A stretch of 64,000 nt of DNA from Octopus bimaculoides (taxonomy: Eukaryota). Position 1 is the stretch's first letter; each line of letters opens with the position of its first letter. The stretch lies in contig NC_069001.1 of the NCBI RefSeq assembly GCF_001194135.2, positions 23,962,616-24,026,615 of the forward strand, read 5' to 3'. The notes beneath the pieces were generated by a model, which saw nothing but the letters and a program-made list of their open reading frames with translations, ran no database searches and had not been told where the DNA came from. Below, piece by piece: positions 37,832 to 52,510 of this stretch. The position numbers and the translations under genes were made by a program.

Positions 37832-39020
37832 TAACCCATTTTTGCTTCTGAACTCATTGCTTATATAGCCACCACATACAACGGTGTTAAGTTACTGGAT
37901 ATGCCAATTTACATATTAAATGCATTCCTGAATCTGCTACGTAAAGACTAGTGATTTGTAGGTATGCGGTATTTTGTTATGCAACCAGACTATGCTATAA
38001 ACTATATTAAATGGTTTTATAAGTCAATATTAATACATATGTCTACGTTCTGAGTTCAAATTCCACCGAGGTCAACTTTGCCTTTCATCCTTTCAGGGTT
38101 GATAAATTAAGTACCAGTTGCGTACTAGGGTTGATCTTGTCAACTGGCCCCCTCCCCAAAAATTTTGGGCCTTGTGGCTAGAATAGAAAAGAGTATTAAT
38201 ATATATGTATACACACACACACATACATATAAATATATGTATATGTATACTCTTTTACTTTCTTTTACTTGTTTCAGTCATTTGACTGTGGCCATGCTGG
38301 AGCACCGCCTTTAGTTGAGCAAATCGACCCCAAGACTTATTCTTTGTAAGCCTAGTACTTATTCTATTGGTCTATTTTGTTGAACCGCTAAGTTACGGGG
38401 ACGTAAATACCATCATCGGTTGTCAAGTGATGTTGGGGGGACAAACAGACACACGAACATACACACACACACATACACTTATATATATATATATATATAT
38501 ATATATNNNNNNNNNNNNNNNNNNNNNNNNNNNNNNNNNNNNNNNNNNNNNNNNNNNNNNNNNNNNNNNNNNNNNNNNNNNNNNNNNNNNNNNNNNNNNN
38601 NNNNNNNNNNNNNNNNNNNNNNNNNNNNNNNNNNNNNNNNNNNNNNNNNNNNNNNNNNNNNNNNNNNNNNNNNNNNNNNNNNNNNNNNNNNNNNNNNNNN
38701 NNNNNNNNNNNNNNNNNNNNNNNNNNNNNNNNNNNNNNNNNNNNNNNNNNNNNNNNNNNNNNNNNNNNNNNNNNNNNNNNNNNNNNNNNNNNNNNNNNNN
38801 NNNNNNNNNNNNNNNNNNNNNNNNNNNNNNNNNNNNNNNNNNNNNNNNNNNNNNNNNNNNNNNNNNNNNNNNNNNNNNNNNNNNNNNNNNNNNNNNNNNN
38901 NNNNNNNNNNNNNNNNNNNNNNNNNNNNNNNNNNNNNNNNNNNNNNNNNNNNNNNNNNNNNNNNNNNNNNNNNNNNNNNNNNNNNNNNNNNNNNNNNNNN
39001 NNNNNNNNNNNNNNNNNNNN

Positions 39021-39062
<42 letters not shown>

Positions 39063-39320
39063 TCTTCTTCATCATTTTATGTGTATTTTTCCTTGCTTAC
39101 TTAATCTCATGGAACTCATGTAGGCAGATTGTCTGCAGCTTGATGCCTTACCTGTCACCAACCCTCACCTGTTTCAGTGCAAGGTATATCTCCTACTTTC
39201 CTATCGCCAGATTTGTTTACACAGAACATTGGAGGAAACAGGATACCAGTTTACTGATGGTTACACTCACTCACATCTATCACATGAAGTCAGACAAGAC
39301 ACAGATACCTCTGCTCCACT

Positions 39321-39351
<31 letters not shown>

Positions 39352-39485
39352 TACATACTTATAATATACAATTTCATCAAACAAATCCTTGGAAGAAACG
39401 CTTACCCAAAGTGTCACGCAGAAAATCTACACCTGGAACCATTCAGGTGGAAAGCAAATTTCATAATGACACAATCATATATGTA

Positions 39486-39518
<33 letters not shown>

Positions 39519-39539
39519 CATCATCGTCATCGTCGTCAT

Positions 39540-39570
<31 letters not shown>

Positions 39571-39575
39571 ATTGT

Positions 39576-40525
39576 TTAACATCCATTATCCATTTGCACA
39601 CATTTCTCACCTACCACATCCCTATTCTCTCTGATACACTGCTTTGCAATCCTGAACACCTCACACTTCTGATCCTCATGCTGTAGAACATTTGCAAATC
39701 TCTTACTTTCAGCTACTTCTTTTGCTATGTATACCTGATGCCTAGCTGCCCTTCTGACTACCTGATATAATTCTCTGCTTCCAGTGTTTTCCGAGTCTTT
39801 CCAGGCCTGTCTTTTTGCTTTTATAGCATTGTCAACCGCCTTGCTCCACCACCATGCCATCCTTGGTGTAGCTGGGTCTCTGCACCAACCACAGATTTCG
39901 TCCGTAGCCCTCAGTAGATTATCCCACAGGAACTTCCAATTGTCCTCTAAGCTATATGTCCCCAACTCTTCCTCTCTTTCGTTTTGTCTGTTTGCTGGGT
40001 CTTTGAGCTTCCATAGTCTTCTTTTCCAGATTAATTTATTTCTCCGAGTCTTGCTAGCTCTAATTCTGAAGTCACTAACTAGTAACCTATGTTGGGTTGT
40101 ACATTCTTCACCTGAAACGGAGGTAGTCAATCTGGCTTACGCGCTCACCTGACTGATTAGTGATTAGGTGACAGGTTGGCTTTTTTTTAAGTTAGTGTTG
40201 CAGATCATGAGATCATTTGCATCAAAGAACTCCAACAGTCTTGTTCCCTCCTCATTTCTAGGTCCAAAACCATAGACCCCATGCCCTCCCTGGAATCCAT
40301 GGGGATGCTGTCCAACATGTCCATTGGAGTCACCAGCCACAATAAAAAATCTCTGTCATTTGTCAATGAGGTGGTCTGCAAAAGGATCTCATAGAATTGG
40401 TCCTTCTGCTCATCAGTCACCCCAGACTGAGGGGCATAGGGAGAAATAAATGTAACTGTTAATTTACCTATGATAAGTCTCATCTTAATTACCCTATCAC
40501 AATCTCTGTCCACCTCAGTTAACAT
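39576..40525 (-). mobile_element. RTE-clade LINE fragment (AP endonuclease and downstream region), internally deleted
   Basis: DRVIKMRL..ISPYAPQSG..KDQFYE..(GDFNGHVG)..RNEEGTRLLEF, then QHRLLVSDF..WKLKD..WWWSKAVDNAIKAKRQAWK. Ends in an (ATG)n tail near 39520-39575. Confidence 0.9.
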
Positions 40526-40837
40526 ATATATATATATATATATATACTTACACTAGTGTGAATATACTATCTTTGAGATAGCATGTGTTACATTTATTTG
40601 ATATCATTACATCATATATTCCTATAGTGTATATGTTTAAGTGATAGATATGGCATGCATGTAGGAAGAATGGTGGAAAAACATGTAACATGAAATGAGC
40701 TTGAATGTCAACAGTGGAAAGCATAAAATAGAGCTATAAGATGAACTGCAATTATGTTAAAAGATTGTGCATTTATAAAGGAATAAAAAATTACTACCTA
40801 AATACAGCCAATAAATCTTTATATATATATATATATA

Positions 40838-40878
<41 letters not shown>

Positions 40879-41081
40879 NNNNNNNNNNNNNNNNNNNNNN
40901 NNNNNNNNNNNNNNNNNNNNNNNNNNNNNNNNNNNNNNNNNNNNNNNNNNNNNNNNNNNNNNNNNNNNNNNNNNNNNNNNNNNNNNNNNNNNNNNNNNNN
41001 NNNNNNNNNNNNNNNNNNNNNNNNNNNNNNNNNNNNNNNNNNNNNNNNNNNNNNNNNNNNNNNNNNNNNNNNNNNNNNNNN

Positions 41082-41167
<86 letters not shown>

Positions 41168-42589
41168 CTCTTTTAATACAGTTTGTATTCATTACTAAAG
41201 ACAATATCATTCTAAGTACTGCTATGCAATCTATGTCGTGTAGTGAAAAATTAAGCCCCTCTCAATCACATTATCATCACCCTTTTCATACAAATCAAAG
41301 CAAAGAAGTGTATTGTTTAGTTATATGCAGCATGCAGATATATATAAACAAATACTGCTACATGCAAAATGAAAGTGAAGTAAAGCTTGCTGATGTATAG
41401 ATATTTAATAGCAATATAATCATAGTAATAATGTTTAAAAGAAAAATACTTTATGTATATTTACCATTGTTAAAGGAATGAAAGTGTGCAACAGCTGAAA
41501 ATGTAAATTTTAAAGCAGATACTTATAAGATGAAATATTGCAAAGTGGTTGTCAACAGAATGTGCTTTTAATATTAAAATCAATGATGAATAGATATAGT
41601 GAAAGATAATAGTGAATCCTACTACCGAAGAGGTTTCAATACAAAATGTTGTCAGCAGCTGAAACCTGCTCAAAACAAACCATTATTTGTATCAAAGAAG
41701 GTGGAAGAAAACACGCTATTAATGATAATAAATGTGTTAGAAAAAAGCTATGAACGTTTTCGAATGACTTATATGACGCACAAGTAGCAAATGAAGTTGT
41801 AGAGATATTTGAACATGAAATGTTAGCCATGAAGAAATTCACATGACGAGTTGTGTTTGCACATCCACTGTAGTCCAGTCATGAACACTTCACTCTGGCT
41901 GAGGACAGTATAAAGGAGGTGACAGTATATCATTGCACGTACATTTATTTTTAGAATGACGTTGTAGGACAGGTGTGAAAGGTTGGATTTTGACTGTTTG
42001 AGCATAAAAACGGGGAGAGTATTTGGGTCAGATATGGCTGATTTATATACTGAAGGATTAAAGAAGGAAATTTGTATAAGAAGCAAGGGTGGTTCTAAAT
42101 GGGCCACCTTCAAAGAAGTTAATGTTTTAACCATAATTATCACTCAATGTAACAAAAAGAGAGGACATTTTGATAAACAGATAATGATAAAATGAATTTT
42201 GAATTTGGTTTGCAAGAGTGAAACAAATCTTGTTGTATCTTAGGAGGGTCATTATGCTAATAATAATAAACACAGGCACAGGTCAACTATCACTTCTTTG
42301 ATTGATTATCTAACCAACTAACTAATTGATTGTTTGTTTAATGGGTTGTAAAGCAATCGATCATGTTTCTTTTGTTTGTTAGTCAAAGTCCTTCTATTAC
42401 TATTTGTGACCTTATTAACCCTTTAGCATTTAAACTACTTATATCCAGCCAAAATATTCTACCTGTTTTATCTTTAGATCAGACAGCTCTGGCCTCTCAC
42501 ATCTATCCTGTAGTGCTATTTTAAAAATAAACAAGCATCTAATCAAAATCTCAAAGCTATGAGACAATGGATGATTAATTCAAGACAAT

Positions 42590-43010
42590 CATCATCATCG
42601 TTGTTTAACATCCGCTTTCCATGCTAGCATGGGTTGGATGATTTGACTGAGGACTGGTGAAACCAGAAGGCTGCACCAGGCTCCAATCTGATTTGGCAGT
42701 GTTTCTACAGCTGGATGCCCTTCCTAACACCAACCACTCCAAGAGTGTAATGGGTGCTTTTACGTGCCACCGGCACGAGGGCCAGTCACACGGTACTTGC
42801 AACAGCCACGCTCAAGATGATGTTTTTTATGTGCCACCTGCACAGGAGCCAGTCCAGCGGCACTAGCAATGACCTTGCTCGAATGATTTACTAGCGTGCC
42901 ACCAGCACAAGTGCCAGAAGGTGATGCAGATAACGATCATGCTCCACGGTGCTATTTACGGGCCACTAGCACGGAAGTCAGACAGCTGCTCTGGCAATTA
43001 ACACGCTCGG
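42590..43010 (-). mobile_element. Family-B repeat (RTE-related 3' end, (ATG)n tail)
   Basis: CATCAT..TTAACATCCGCTTTCCATGCTAGCATGGGTTGG..GGATGCCCTTCCTAACACCAACCACTCC. Other copies lie at about 2975-3260, 6325-6780, 35980-36180, 53455-53700, 60740-61340 and 62340-62650 (-), and 12380-12540, 15830-16040, 30180-30400 and 62925-63135 (+). Confidence 0.8.
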
Positions 43011-43261
43011 ACTGTGCTGTTAATATATACAGATATACATTAGATATATTTGCATATGCAGCAACCCCAGTTGTTAACTGAGAACCATAAATAACTTTTT
43101 TCAGCTTATTGAACTTCCATACAGGAAAAATTTACAACCTTCTACGTCAACAAACCACAATTGTTCCTGAAAGTTGTTTTTTATACATTCTACGGACTGC
43201 TCGAAGCTTACTAACTTCCTACACCTTGATCCTTGGATCTCACCTTTGCATNNNNNNNNNN

Positions 43262-43302
<41 letters not shown>

Positions 43303-44001
43303 TAGTTGAATAAAGTTACATCATAGTCTGGTTTTCACGTTTTTTATTATTGTATTTAAAAAAATGTTTTACAATGTTGAAGTGTGTTAAACATTATAAA
43401 CATATTTTGTAATTTTCATAAGGTTCAATTAGCACTTTCGTATGTTTGTAGTATTCATCAAACTTGTTCTGAATGAAAATAACCACAATAATATAATAAC
43501 CAGTTAATGATGTGGAATAAAAAATATCTTTAACATATGAATATAAACAAATTATAGAAGACTCCCACTGATAGAATAACAATGATAGAAACCAACCAAG
43601 TTTGCTCACTCATAAAACCATTACATGTAAACCACAAGCTAATTGGTTAAAATGAAGATCTATGCCAGTAATATCAGTGCTCCCAGCAAACCATGATGTT
43701 TAAGCTGCATACTGATTGATCAAAATTGTATTCCAAAAATTCAGCTTGCTGGAGCATTCTAAGAGATATAAAAAGGAAGCAGTCAATCATTTTACTATAC
43801 TTGTCAAGAACTCAACTCTCTGTTGAATACATTTTGAAATCTGATGATTACTATGAACGTATGAAAGCACTAATTGGACTTGATGAACATTACAAAATAT
43901 TTTTTTTTAATGTTTAACATACTTCAACATTGTAAAAAAATGTTTAAAATACAATAATAAAATACATGAAAACTGGACCATGTTGTAACTTTATTCAACT
44001 G
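43303..44001. mobile_element. Non-autonomous DNA transposon (~700 bp) with long (~170 bp) TIRs
   Basis: 43303-43470 (AGTTGAATAAAGTTACATCATAGTC...) mirrors 43835-44001 (...GACCATGTTGTAACTTTATTCAACTG). The interior is non-coding. Confidence 0.8.
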
Positions 44002-44085
44002 ATTCCTTATTCTATACACATCTACACAAATTTGGAAGAAGTATACATATATATATGTGTGTGTGTGTGTTTGTATGTATGTATG

Positions 44086-44135
<50 letters not shown>

Positions 44136-46905
44136 TATGTTTCAGACATTAGACTGTGGCAGTTCCTTGAAGATTCTTATAGCTGTAATTTAACTGCTAT
44201 TTCTAGCATTTGTGTGTGTTTCTGTCCTTCTTTGCAGTATGTACTTTTATGACAAGAATTAAATGCCAGTATTATTAACACATGCATTTAAACTTATGAT
44301 GTATGAATTCTTTGCGTATGTTAGAACTGGAAGAAATAGTAGCCAAATCCCCCACAAATTACACCATGCTGACTAATGTACATAGATACATATTTATATA
44401 AGCGTCATCTGCTATAACCTTGGGCTGACGAAATCCTTGTGGGTGGGTTTGGTAGACGGAAACTGAAAGAAGCCCATCATATATATGTGTTTATGTGTGT
44501 GTTTGTCCCCTCTATTGCTTGACAACCAGCGTTTGTGTGCTTATGTCCCCATAACTTAGTGGTTTGGCAAAAAGTGACTGATAGAATAAGTACTAGGCTT
44601 TAAGAAATAAGTCCTGGGGTCGATTTGTTTGACTAAAACCCTTCAAGGTGGTGCCCCAGCATGGCCACCATCAAAAATGACTGAAACAAGTAAAAGATAA
44701 AAGACATGTACTACTACTACTACTACTACTTTCGCAACAGCATCAATAATATCAACAACAGCAATACTAACAGAACCACTATCACCTCCACCGCCACCAC
44801 TACACCACCACCACCACCACCACCACAACCACCGCCTTCACCACACCACTACTAGCACCACTGCCACCACAACCACCATCACCTTCACCACCACCTCTGC
44901 TGCCACCGCCAACACACCGCCGGCACCACCACTGCTGCTGCTGCCCCCTCCCAACACAGCACCCCCCCACACCCACCACCGTCCTCCACAACAACAACAA
45001 CAACATCTTGACTTTTGAATGTTAAATCCTTTGAATGCTGTCTCACATTAAAGGCAAGATGATTACAGCTAGAAATAACGATCATGGGATTTTAGTGTTC
45101 GCCTATCTCTCTAATATGTAAAACCTGCTCAAGCAGAAAAAGATTAGCAACATATAACAACATCTTCTAGAAAGAACAGCCAAGACCTCCTTCTTATCTT
45201 CATTTTACACACTTTAAATGCAAGGAGAAAAAAAAGAAAAAGAATGAAAGGCGATGCTGAATAATGTAGCTTTAGATAAAGCTATGTCTAAAAATATTTG
45301 ATTCTTTTCTTCTTTCATCTTTTACTTGTTTCAGTCATTAGACTGCGGCCATGCTGGGGCACCACTTTGAAGAAAATTTTCTAGTTGAATGAATCGACCC
45401 CACGACTTATTCTTTTAAGCCTGGTACTTATTCTTTCGGTTGCTTTTACCAAACTGCTAAGTTACATACCAGCACCAGTTGTCAAGCGATGTTGGCGGAC
45501 AAACACAGCCACAAAGACACACATACATAAATATTCACACACACACACACACACATACATACATGCATGCACTCACACACACACACATGCACGCATGCAC
45601 TCACACACATATATGATGGGCCTCATTCACGCATGCACTCACACATATATATGATGGGCCTCATTCAGTTTATTTCTTTATTGCCCACAAGGGGCTAAAC
45701 ATAGAGGGGACAAACAAGGACAGACAAAGGAATTAAGTCAATTACATCAACCCCAGTGCGTAACTGGTACTTAATTTATCGACCCCGAAAGGATGAAAGG
45801 CAAAGTCGACCTCGGCGGAATTTGAACTCAGAACGTAACAGCAGACGAAATACTGCTAAGCATTTCGCCCGGCATGCTAATGTTTCTGTCAGCTCTTCTC
45901 TAATGTTTCTGCCAGCCCTTCATGACACCAACCACACTACAGAGTGTACTGGGTGTTTTTTTACATGTCAACAGCACAGGTATCATCTGCCAAGGCCAAT
46001 TTTGACTCGCATCTTTTTTGAGGTTGTTAAAATAAGTACCAGTTAAGCACTGGGGTGATGTAATTGACTTGTCCCTTCTCCTGAAATTGCTGGCCATGTG
46101 CCAAAATTAGAAAGAATTATTTCAAGCTAGGTTATCATTTCCTGACAGAAGTATCACTGTTTCTCATGACATGAGCCAGGGTTTCAACACTGAACATACA
46201 GAGCTTAGACAGCTACCACAAGGTATCCTTGAGTAGCACATTGCTTTGCCAGCTCCAAAAAGACAAAAGCAAGTCGGCCATGCAAAGATTTGAAATCAGA
46301 CTGCAGAAAACCAAACCAGATACTACAAAACATTCTATATAAAATTTTAACATGTCCAATTGTGCTACAATCAATACATAAGAAAATGCATAAACATAAT
46401 TCTGTGTTGGGTTATAATGCCAATTAAGAGTACATCTAAATGTGCACATGTATGTGTCAAAATCTCCTGGACACTAAATATGTACAGTGCATAGATCATC
46501 TCTTTCTTTGTCAATATCAAAATCAAACATTAATTTACTACTCCGCAATAACTATCAAACCTACAGCAATTTAGAATGTGTAAATAGCCTAAGAAAACAT
46601 CGTTTAATCATCGTGAATATTTGCTCTTGATCTACTAATAAACTCTGAGATAAATCAAAAAGCACCAGCATATATGTATTTATGCATTTATAGGAGTATG
46701 TAATTATGCATTCATTCTTCTCTCTCTCCCCTCTCTCTCCTCAATCTCTCTCTGTCTATCTGATGCATGCATGTATGTGTATAGCTATAGCTACACATAT
46801 ACTTATACATACATACATATAATTAATATATATGTAATAATATATATATATATATATATATAAATATATGTGTGTGTGTGTGCATGTATGTATCCATCAG
46901 TCGTT

Positions 46906-46949
<44 letters not shown>

Positions 46950-47110
46950 TCCTCTGTCTGTCTACCTGTATTTATGTGTATATAAGTATTGTATATGTAT
47001 ATTATATATATACAAATATGAATATATATATATATATATATGGATATATGTATATATATATATATGTGTATATAAATATATAAATATATATATATGTATA
47101 TATATATGTG

Positions 47111-47154
<44 letters not shown>

Positions 47155-47639
47155 TGTGTGTGTATGAGTGCCTGTGAGTTTGTACACATGCATGCGATGT
47201 GCATATTTGCATTTCTGAATGTATTTCTTCCTGATTATAGTTTTAATATTTTCATGTATATATTTATATCTCTGTGCATGCATTTCTGGATGCCATGTAC
47301 TTATATTTGGCTAACAGGTTAAGATGCTCATTTTGTTATCATAGGATTGTGAGTTCAATATCATTCTGTAACACTGAGGTAAATATGTTTTTAATATAGT
47401 CCTGAAGAGCTCAAAGCTTTGTGAATGAAAACTTTGCTGAAGGCCATCAATTTGATTCAAACATCCAACTTTGTTACTTTCTATCTTACACTAATTTTGT
47501 CTGAGAATTACATTCAGAAAATACGTACTATGTTATACTCAGCCTTGTATATGCTATTTTCATCAACAAGTAGCTCACTTGATCATGTGATTAATAATCA
47601 TCAATGAACGTGGAAGTTCACTTATTTAATTTATGTATG

Positions 47640-48700
47640 TATGTACGTAGTTGAAATTTACAGAAAAACAAAAGACAAAGACTGGTGTATGAACAACGAG
47701 CAGGTGTATTAGTTTGATGCTCAGGGAAGTGAGAAAGTCTTTTATGTTTTGAGCCTATGCTCTTCAACAGAAAGAAACATGAGGCTATAAACAGAGAGAG
47801 AATAAAAAAACTTGTAGATTTAGCGATCAAACTAGGTGACTGGTTTGGGAAAAAATAGGTTTGACAGGAGATGTAGAAAGGTGTGCATGCATGTGTGTGT
47901 AAGTGAGAATGTGTGTGTGTGTGTGGATAGGGGCTAGTGACATTGACGTGTGGATGTGTGTGTGTAAGTGTGTGCCTCTGTAATGTGTGGATGATGGTAT
48001 GTGGGTGTGCAGATGATGGTGTGTGGTGTGGCTGGGAAGTGGTCAGTGCTAGTATGTGTGGGGTGGTGCAGGTTGGTGAGACGTGGTATGGTGGGTGTGG
48101 GGTGGAATTGGGTAAGGGTGGGGTATGCACGAGTGGGTATATCTGGGGGCGGGAGGTGTGCGGAGGGGATATCAAAGAAGAGAGAAGGTGTGTAGGAGTG
48201 AAGCGAGAAAGTAGGTCTCAGAGGAAGAGAATTAAAGAGACGTGGGTAGGAGTGAAGAGAGGAAGTAGGTGTCAGATGAAGAGAGGAGGGGAGTTGAGCC
48301 CATGTGGTGCAAAGAGGTGAATAGAGGAGATTAATTCCTGCCCGTGGTGAAGGCGGAAATCCGGATGGCCCCAGTGCAAAGACAATCCGAACACAGACAG
48401 GTGTTGTAGTGAATGACCTGAGTCTGATGTCTCAGAGGTGCTCCATGAACTGGTCAGCCAAGCGGTGTCCCGTTTGACTGATGTACAGAGAAGAGCAGAA
48501 AGAGCAGGAGATGCAGTAAATGACATTGCTAGAAGTGCAGGTAAAGGAATCAGTGATATAATAGGGACGATGATGGGTGCCTGTGAGGATGGTGGTGTTG
48601 AAGAGGTAGGGGCAAGTGTGACAGTGTGGGTGGAAGCAGGGGAATGAGCCTGGTTGGGATGTGGGGTTAGGGAAGAAACTGTGAACCAGAAGGTCATGCA
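47640..48700 (-). mobile_element. Penelope-like element 3' part (GIY-YIG domain plus pseudo-LTR with HHR)
   Basis: Minus frame in about 48280-48660 reads PGSFPCFHPHCHTCPY..FTCTSSNVIYCISCSFCSSLYISQTGHRLADQFMEHL*DIR, with ..GLN at the end. It is followed by a pyrimidine-rich UTR and the HHR-like motif. Confidence 0.85.
47738..47775 (-). ncRNA. Decayed copy of the A6U hammerhead-like motif in a PLE pseudo-LTR
   Basis: Minus strand reads TCTTT-CTGTTGA-A-GAGC-atag-GCTC-aAAACaTa-AAAGA. The GAAAC and GTC positions are altered, consistent with CpG decay. Confidence 0.5.
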
Positions 48701-50133
48701 GGTTGTGGGCTCATTTGAAGGAAGGAAGGGGTAGGTTGGGGATGTGTGAGGCAGAGGGGTTGGATTGGAGTCACCAGAAGGTTATATACATTATATATAC
48801 AATTTATATACATATACATATATATATATATATATANNNNNNNNNNNNNNNNNNNNNNNNNNNNNNNNNNNNNNNNNNNNNNNNNNNNNNNNNNNNNNNN
48901 NNNNNNNNNNNNNNNNNNNNNNNNNNNNNNNNNNNNNNNNNNNNNNNNNNNNNNNNNNNNNNNNNNNNNNNNNNNNNNNNNNNNNNNNNNNNNNNNNNNN
49001 NNNNNNNNNNNNNNNNNNNNNNNNNNNNNNNNNNNNNNNNNNNNNNNNNNNNNNNNNNNNNNNNNNNNNNNNNNNNNNNNNNNNNNNNNNNNNNNNNNNN
49101 NNNNNNNNNNNNNNNNNNNNNNNNNNNNNNNNNNNNNNNNNNNNNNNNNNNNNNNNNNNNNNNNNNNNNNNNNNNNNNNNNNNNNNNNNNNNNNNNNNNN
49201 NNNNNNNNNNNNNNNNNNNNNNNNNNNNNNNNNNNNNNNNNNNNNNNNNNNNNNNNNNNNNNNNNNNNNNNNNNNNNNNNNNNNNNNNNNNNNNNNNNNN
49301 NNNNNNNNNNNNNNNNNNNNNNNNNNNNNNNNNNNNNNNNNNNNNNNNNNNNNNNNNNNNNNNNNNNNNNNNNNNNNNNNNNNNNNNNNNNATATATATA
49401 TATATATATATATATAAGGCCACCCTGAGCAAAGCCTTGAGAATAGATTTAGTAGACAGAAACTCAAAGAAATCTAATGCATATACATATGAGTATGTGC
49501 TTGCTTTGTTTATGTATATGTATGAACACATATATGTGTATGTATCTGTGTGTATTTGAGTCTCTTTGTTTTGACATTATAGGATAGTTATGAATGAGCT
49601 TCTCCATCATAAAAGAAGGGTCCCCCATTTCTAGTTTTCCATGAAAATATAATCGGTCATGGGATGATAATTACCATGCTTGCAAGCAGGTGAAGTTTGG
49701 TGACAGGAAGAGCATCCAGCCATAGAAGATCAACCTCAATGAATTATGTCTGACACTGACAAACATGGAAAAGTGAAGATTAAAATGATGATGATGATGA
49801 TGATGATACAAACCTACGTAAATATATACATTTTATGAAGTAAAATGTGTGTACATATATATTTAGATAAGTACATACAGACACACACACACACACACAC
49901 ACACACACATTCATACATATGTACATACATACAAACATACATACAGGTTCTGCAGTGACAACCATGAAGCTGAGACTTATTCTCAGCTCATGGCTCACCA
50001 CTTCATCCTTCATGGATATCCTCTCACCACTGTCCACACAGCCCTTGGCCAGAGCATGTTCCATGGACCATGCCTCTGCTTTCTCTGCCCGCACCCATCC
50101 CACATCACCGTCGCCTGTCTTCCATTTCTCTTC

Positions 50134-50343
50134 ACCTCAATTAAAGCCATGATTTTGAGGAACCAATTGAGATGGTGTGGCCATATTGTTCGAATGGCAG
50201 ATGAACGCATGCCGAAACAGCTGTTTTATGGTGAGCTTGCAGAGGGGAAACGTTATCGGCATAAACCTAAAAAAAGGTTTAAGGATGGCATAAGGACTGC
50301 TATGAAGTCAATTGGAATGGCTCCAAAAGATATAGAAGTCCTC
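50134..50343 (+). mobile_element. RTE/BovB-type LINE C-terminal fragment (runs into a gap)
   Basis: TSIKAMILRNQLRWCGHIVRMADERMPKQLFYGELAEGKRYRHKPKKRFKD. Confidence 0.9.
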
Positions 50344-52111
50344 NNNNNNNNNNNNNNNNNNNNNNNNNNNNNNNNNNNNNNNNNNNNNNNNNNNNNNNNN
50401 NNNNNNNNNNNNNNNNNNNNNNNNNNNNNNNNNNNNNNNNNNNNNNNNNNNNNNNNNNNNNNNNNNNNNNNNNNNNNNNNNNNNNNNNNNNNNNNNNNNN
50501 NNNNNNNNNNNNNNNNNNNNNNNNNNNNNNNNNNNNNNNNNNNNNNNNNNNNNNNNNNNNNNNNNNNNNNNNNNNNNNNNNNNNNNNNNNNNNNNNNNNN
50601 NNNNNNNNNNNNNNNNNNNNNNNNNNNNNNNNNNNNNNNNNNNNNNNNNNNNNNNNNNNNNNNNNNNNNNNNNNNNNNNNNNNNNNNNNNNNNNNNNNNN
50701 NNNNNNNNNNNNNNNNNNNNNNNNNNNNNNNNNNNNNNNNNNNNNNNNNNNNNNNNNNNNNNNNNNNNNNNNNNNNNNNNNNNNNNNNNNNNNNNNNNNN
50801 NNNNNNNNNNNNNNNNNNNNNNNNNNNNNNNNNNNNNNNNNNNNNNNNNNNNNNNNNNNNNNNNNNNNNNNNNNNNNNNNNNNNNNNNNNNNNNNNNNNN
50901 NNNNNNNNNNNNNNNNNNNNNNNNNNNNNNNNNNNNNNNNNNNNNNNNNNNNNNNNNNNNNNNNNNNNNNNNNNNNNNNNNNNNNNNNNNNNNNNNNNNN
51001 NNNNNNNNNNNNNNNNNNNNNNNNNNNNNNNNNNNNNNNNNNNNNNNNNNNNNNNNNNNNNNNNNNNNNNNNNNNNNNNNNNNNNNNNNNNNNNNNNNNN
51101 NNNNNNNNNNNNNNNNNNNNNNNNNNNNNNNNNNNNNNNNNNNNNNNNNNNNNNNNNNNNNNNNNNNNNNNNNNNNNNNNNNNNNNNNNNNNNNNNNNNN
51201 NNNNNNNNNNNNNNNNNNNNNNNNNNNNNNNNNNNNNNNNTATATATAATGTGCATCTCGATTATAAAATTTTCATATAATTAACTATATTCTCATCTTA
51301 TATATACTATGCCAACAGTCCGGATACTTATTGATCAGACAATATACATATACATATTGTGTGTATGTATGTATATATGTATGTATGAATGCATGCATGA
51401 ATGTAGCTATGTTTGTATGTGTAGTCAGTTGAATTTCTCTTCCCTGTTAAACAAACAAAATGAGGAGTAGAACAACCAAACAACATAGCTTCCCCACATT
51501 TAAAACTAAATCACAGAAACACATTTGTATAAGATATTCTTCGATTCTTTAGCAAAAGGTATATACTAGAATGCGGTCACCTCTATTGATTTTTCCTGTA
51601 AGTGATAAATTCTGTTCTGTCAGATGGACTGTCACAAGGTAAATAATGAAATAATAGATGGTCCCATTCTATGATACTAAAACATCTATCATTCCGACAC
51701 AGTGTTTGATCCATTGGTTAATTCTGTGACATATCTGCACGGAAATAACTAAGAGAAGTATTTGCATTTCCATCGACATGATTTTTATGGACGTTACCAT
51801 TATTTCTGTTGCTACAGAGTAATGGCTTTAAGAATTTGCATCAGACTGTCTTGTCTCTGTATACTCTGAGGTTTTGAGTTCAAATCTCTGTTATAGTCAA
51901 ACTTTATTTCGTTTCTTTAGAGAACGCATCAGAACGTGCAAGATGTCTTTGTTGTTGTTGCTGTTGCTTTTATTGTTGTTGTTGTTGTTGTGTGTTATTG
52001 CTGTTACTGTTGATATTTTTGTTGCTGCTGTTGTTGTTATTGTTGTTCTTGTTGTTGCTGCTGCTGCTGCTGTTGTCGTTGTTGTTGTTGTTGATAATAC
52101 ATTCCATATCT

Positions 52112-52457
52112 ACATTATTTACATTTTTGACGGATATTTGTCCTCATCTTGTTTGTTGTTAACACAACATTTCGGCTGATATACCCTCCAGGCTTCATCA
52201 GGTGCCTTGGGGGAAATTTCAAACCTGGATTCTCATTCCTAACGTATTTTTCGATGTTATTATTATTATTATCATTATTATTATTATTATTGTTTTATGT
52301 TTGACTTTTGTTTTGCATTTGTACAAGTTGGATCCAAGTCTCACCCAGAGACCTCAAGAGACAACAAGTTAGAAGTTCATGTAGGTGTTATGCCAAGGGT
52401 ACCATATATTTGGATTTGTACAGTTTTGTTCTAGTGAATGTTTAAGAATTATTATTG

Positions 52458-52510
<53 letters not shown>

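Noticed and set aside
41500-41950. Protein-like frames (NDLYDAQVANEVVEIFEHEML on plus; QSEVFMTGLQWMCKH on minus)
   Set aside because: The frames are interrupted by stops and I recognise no family or consistent exon boundaries. A tBLASTn search would be needed.
46200-46400. Possible piggyBac-like cysteine-rich C-terminal remnant
   Set aside because: The similarity is too weak and the cysteine pattern cannot be reconstructed.
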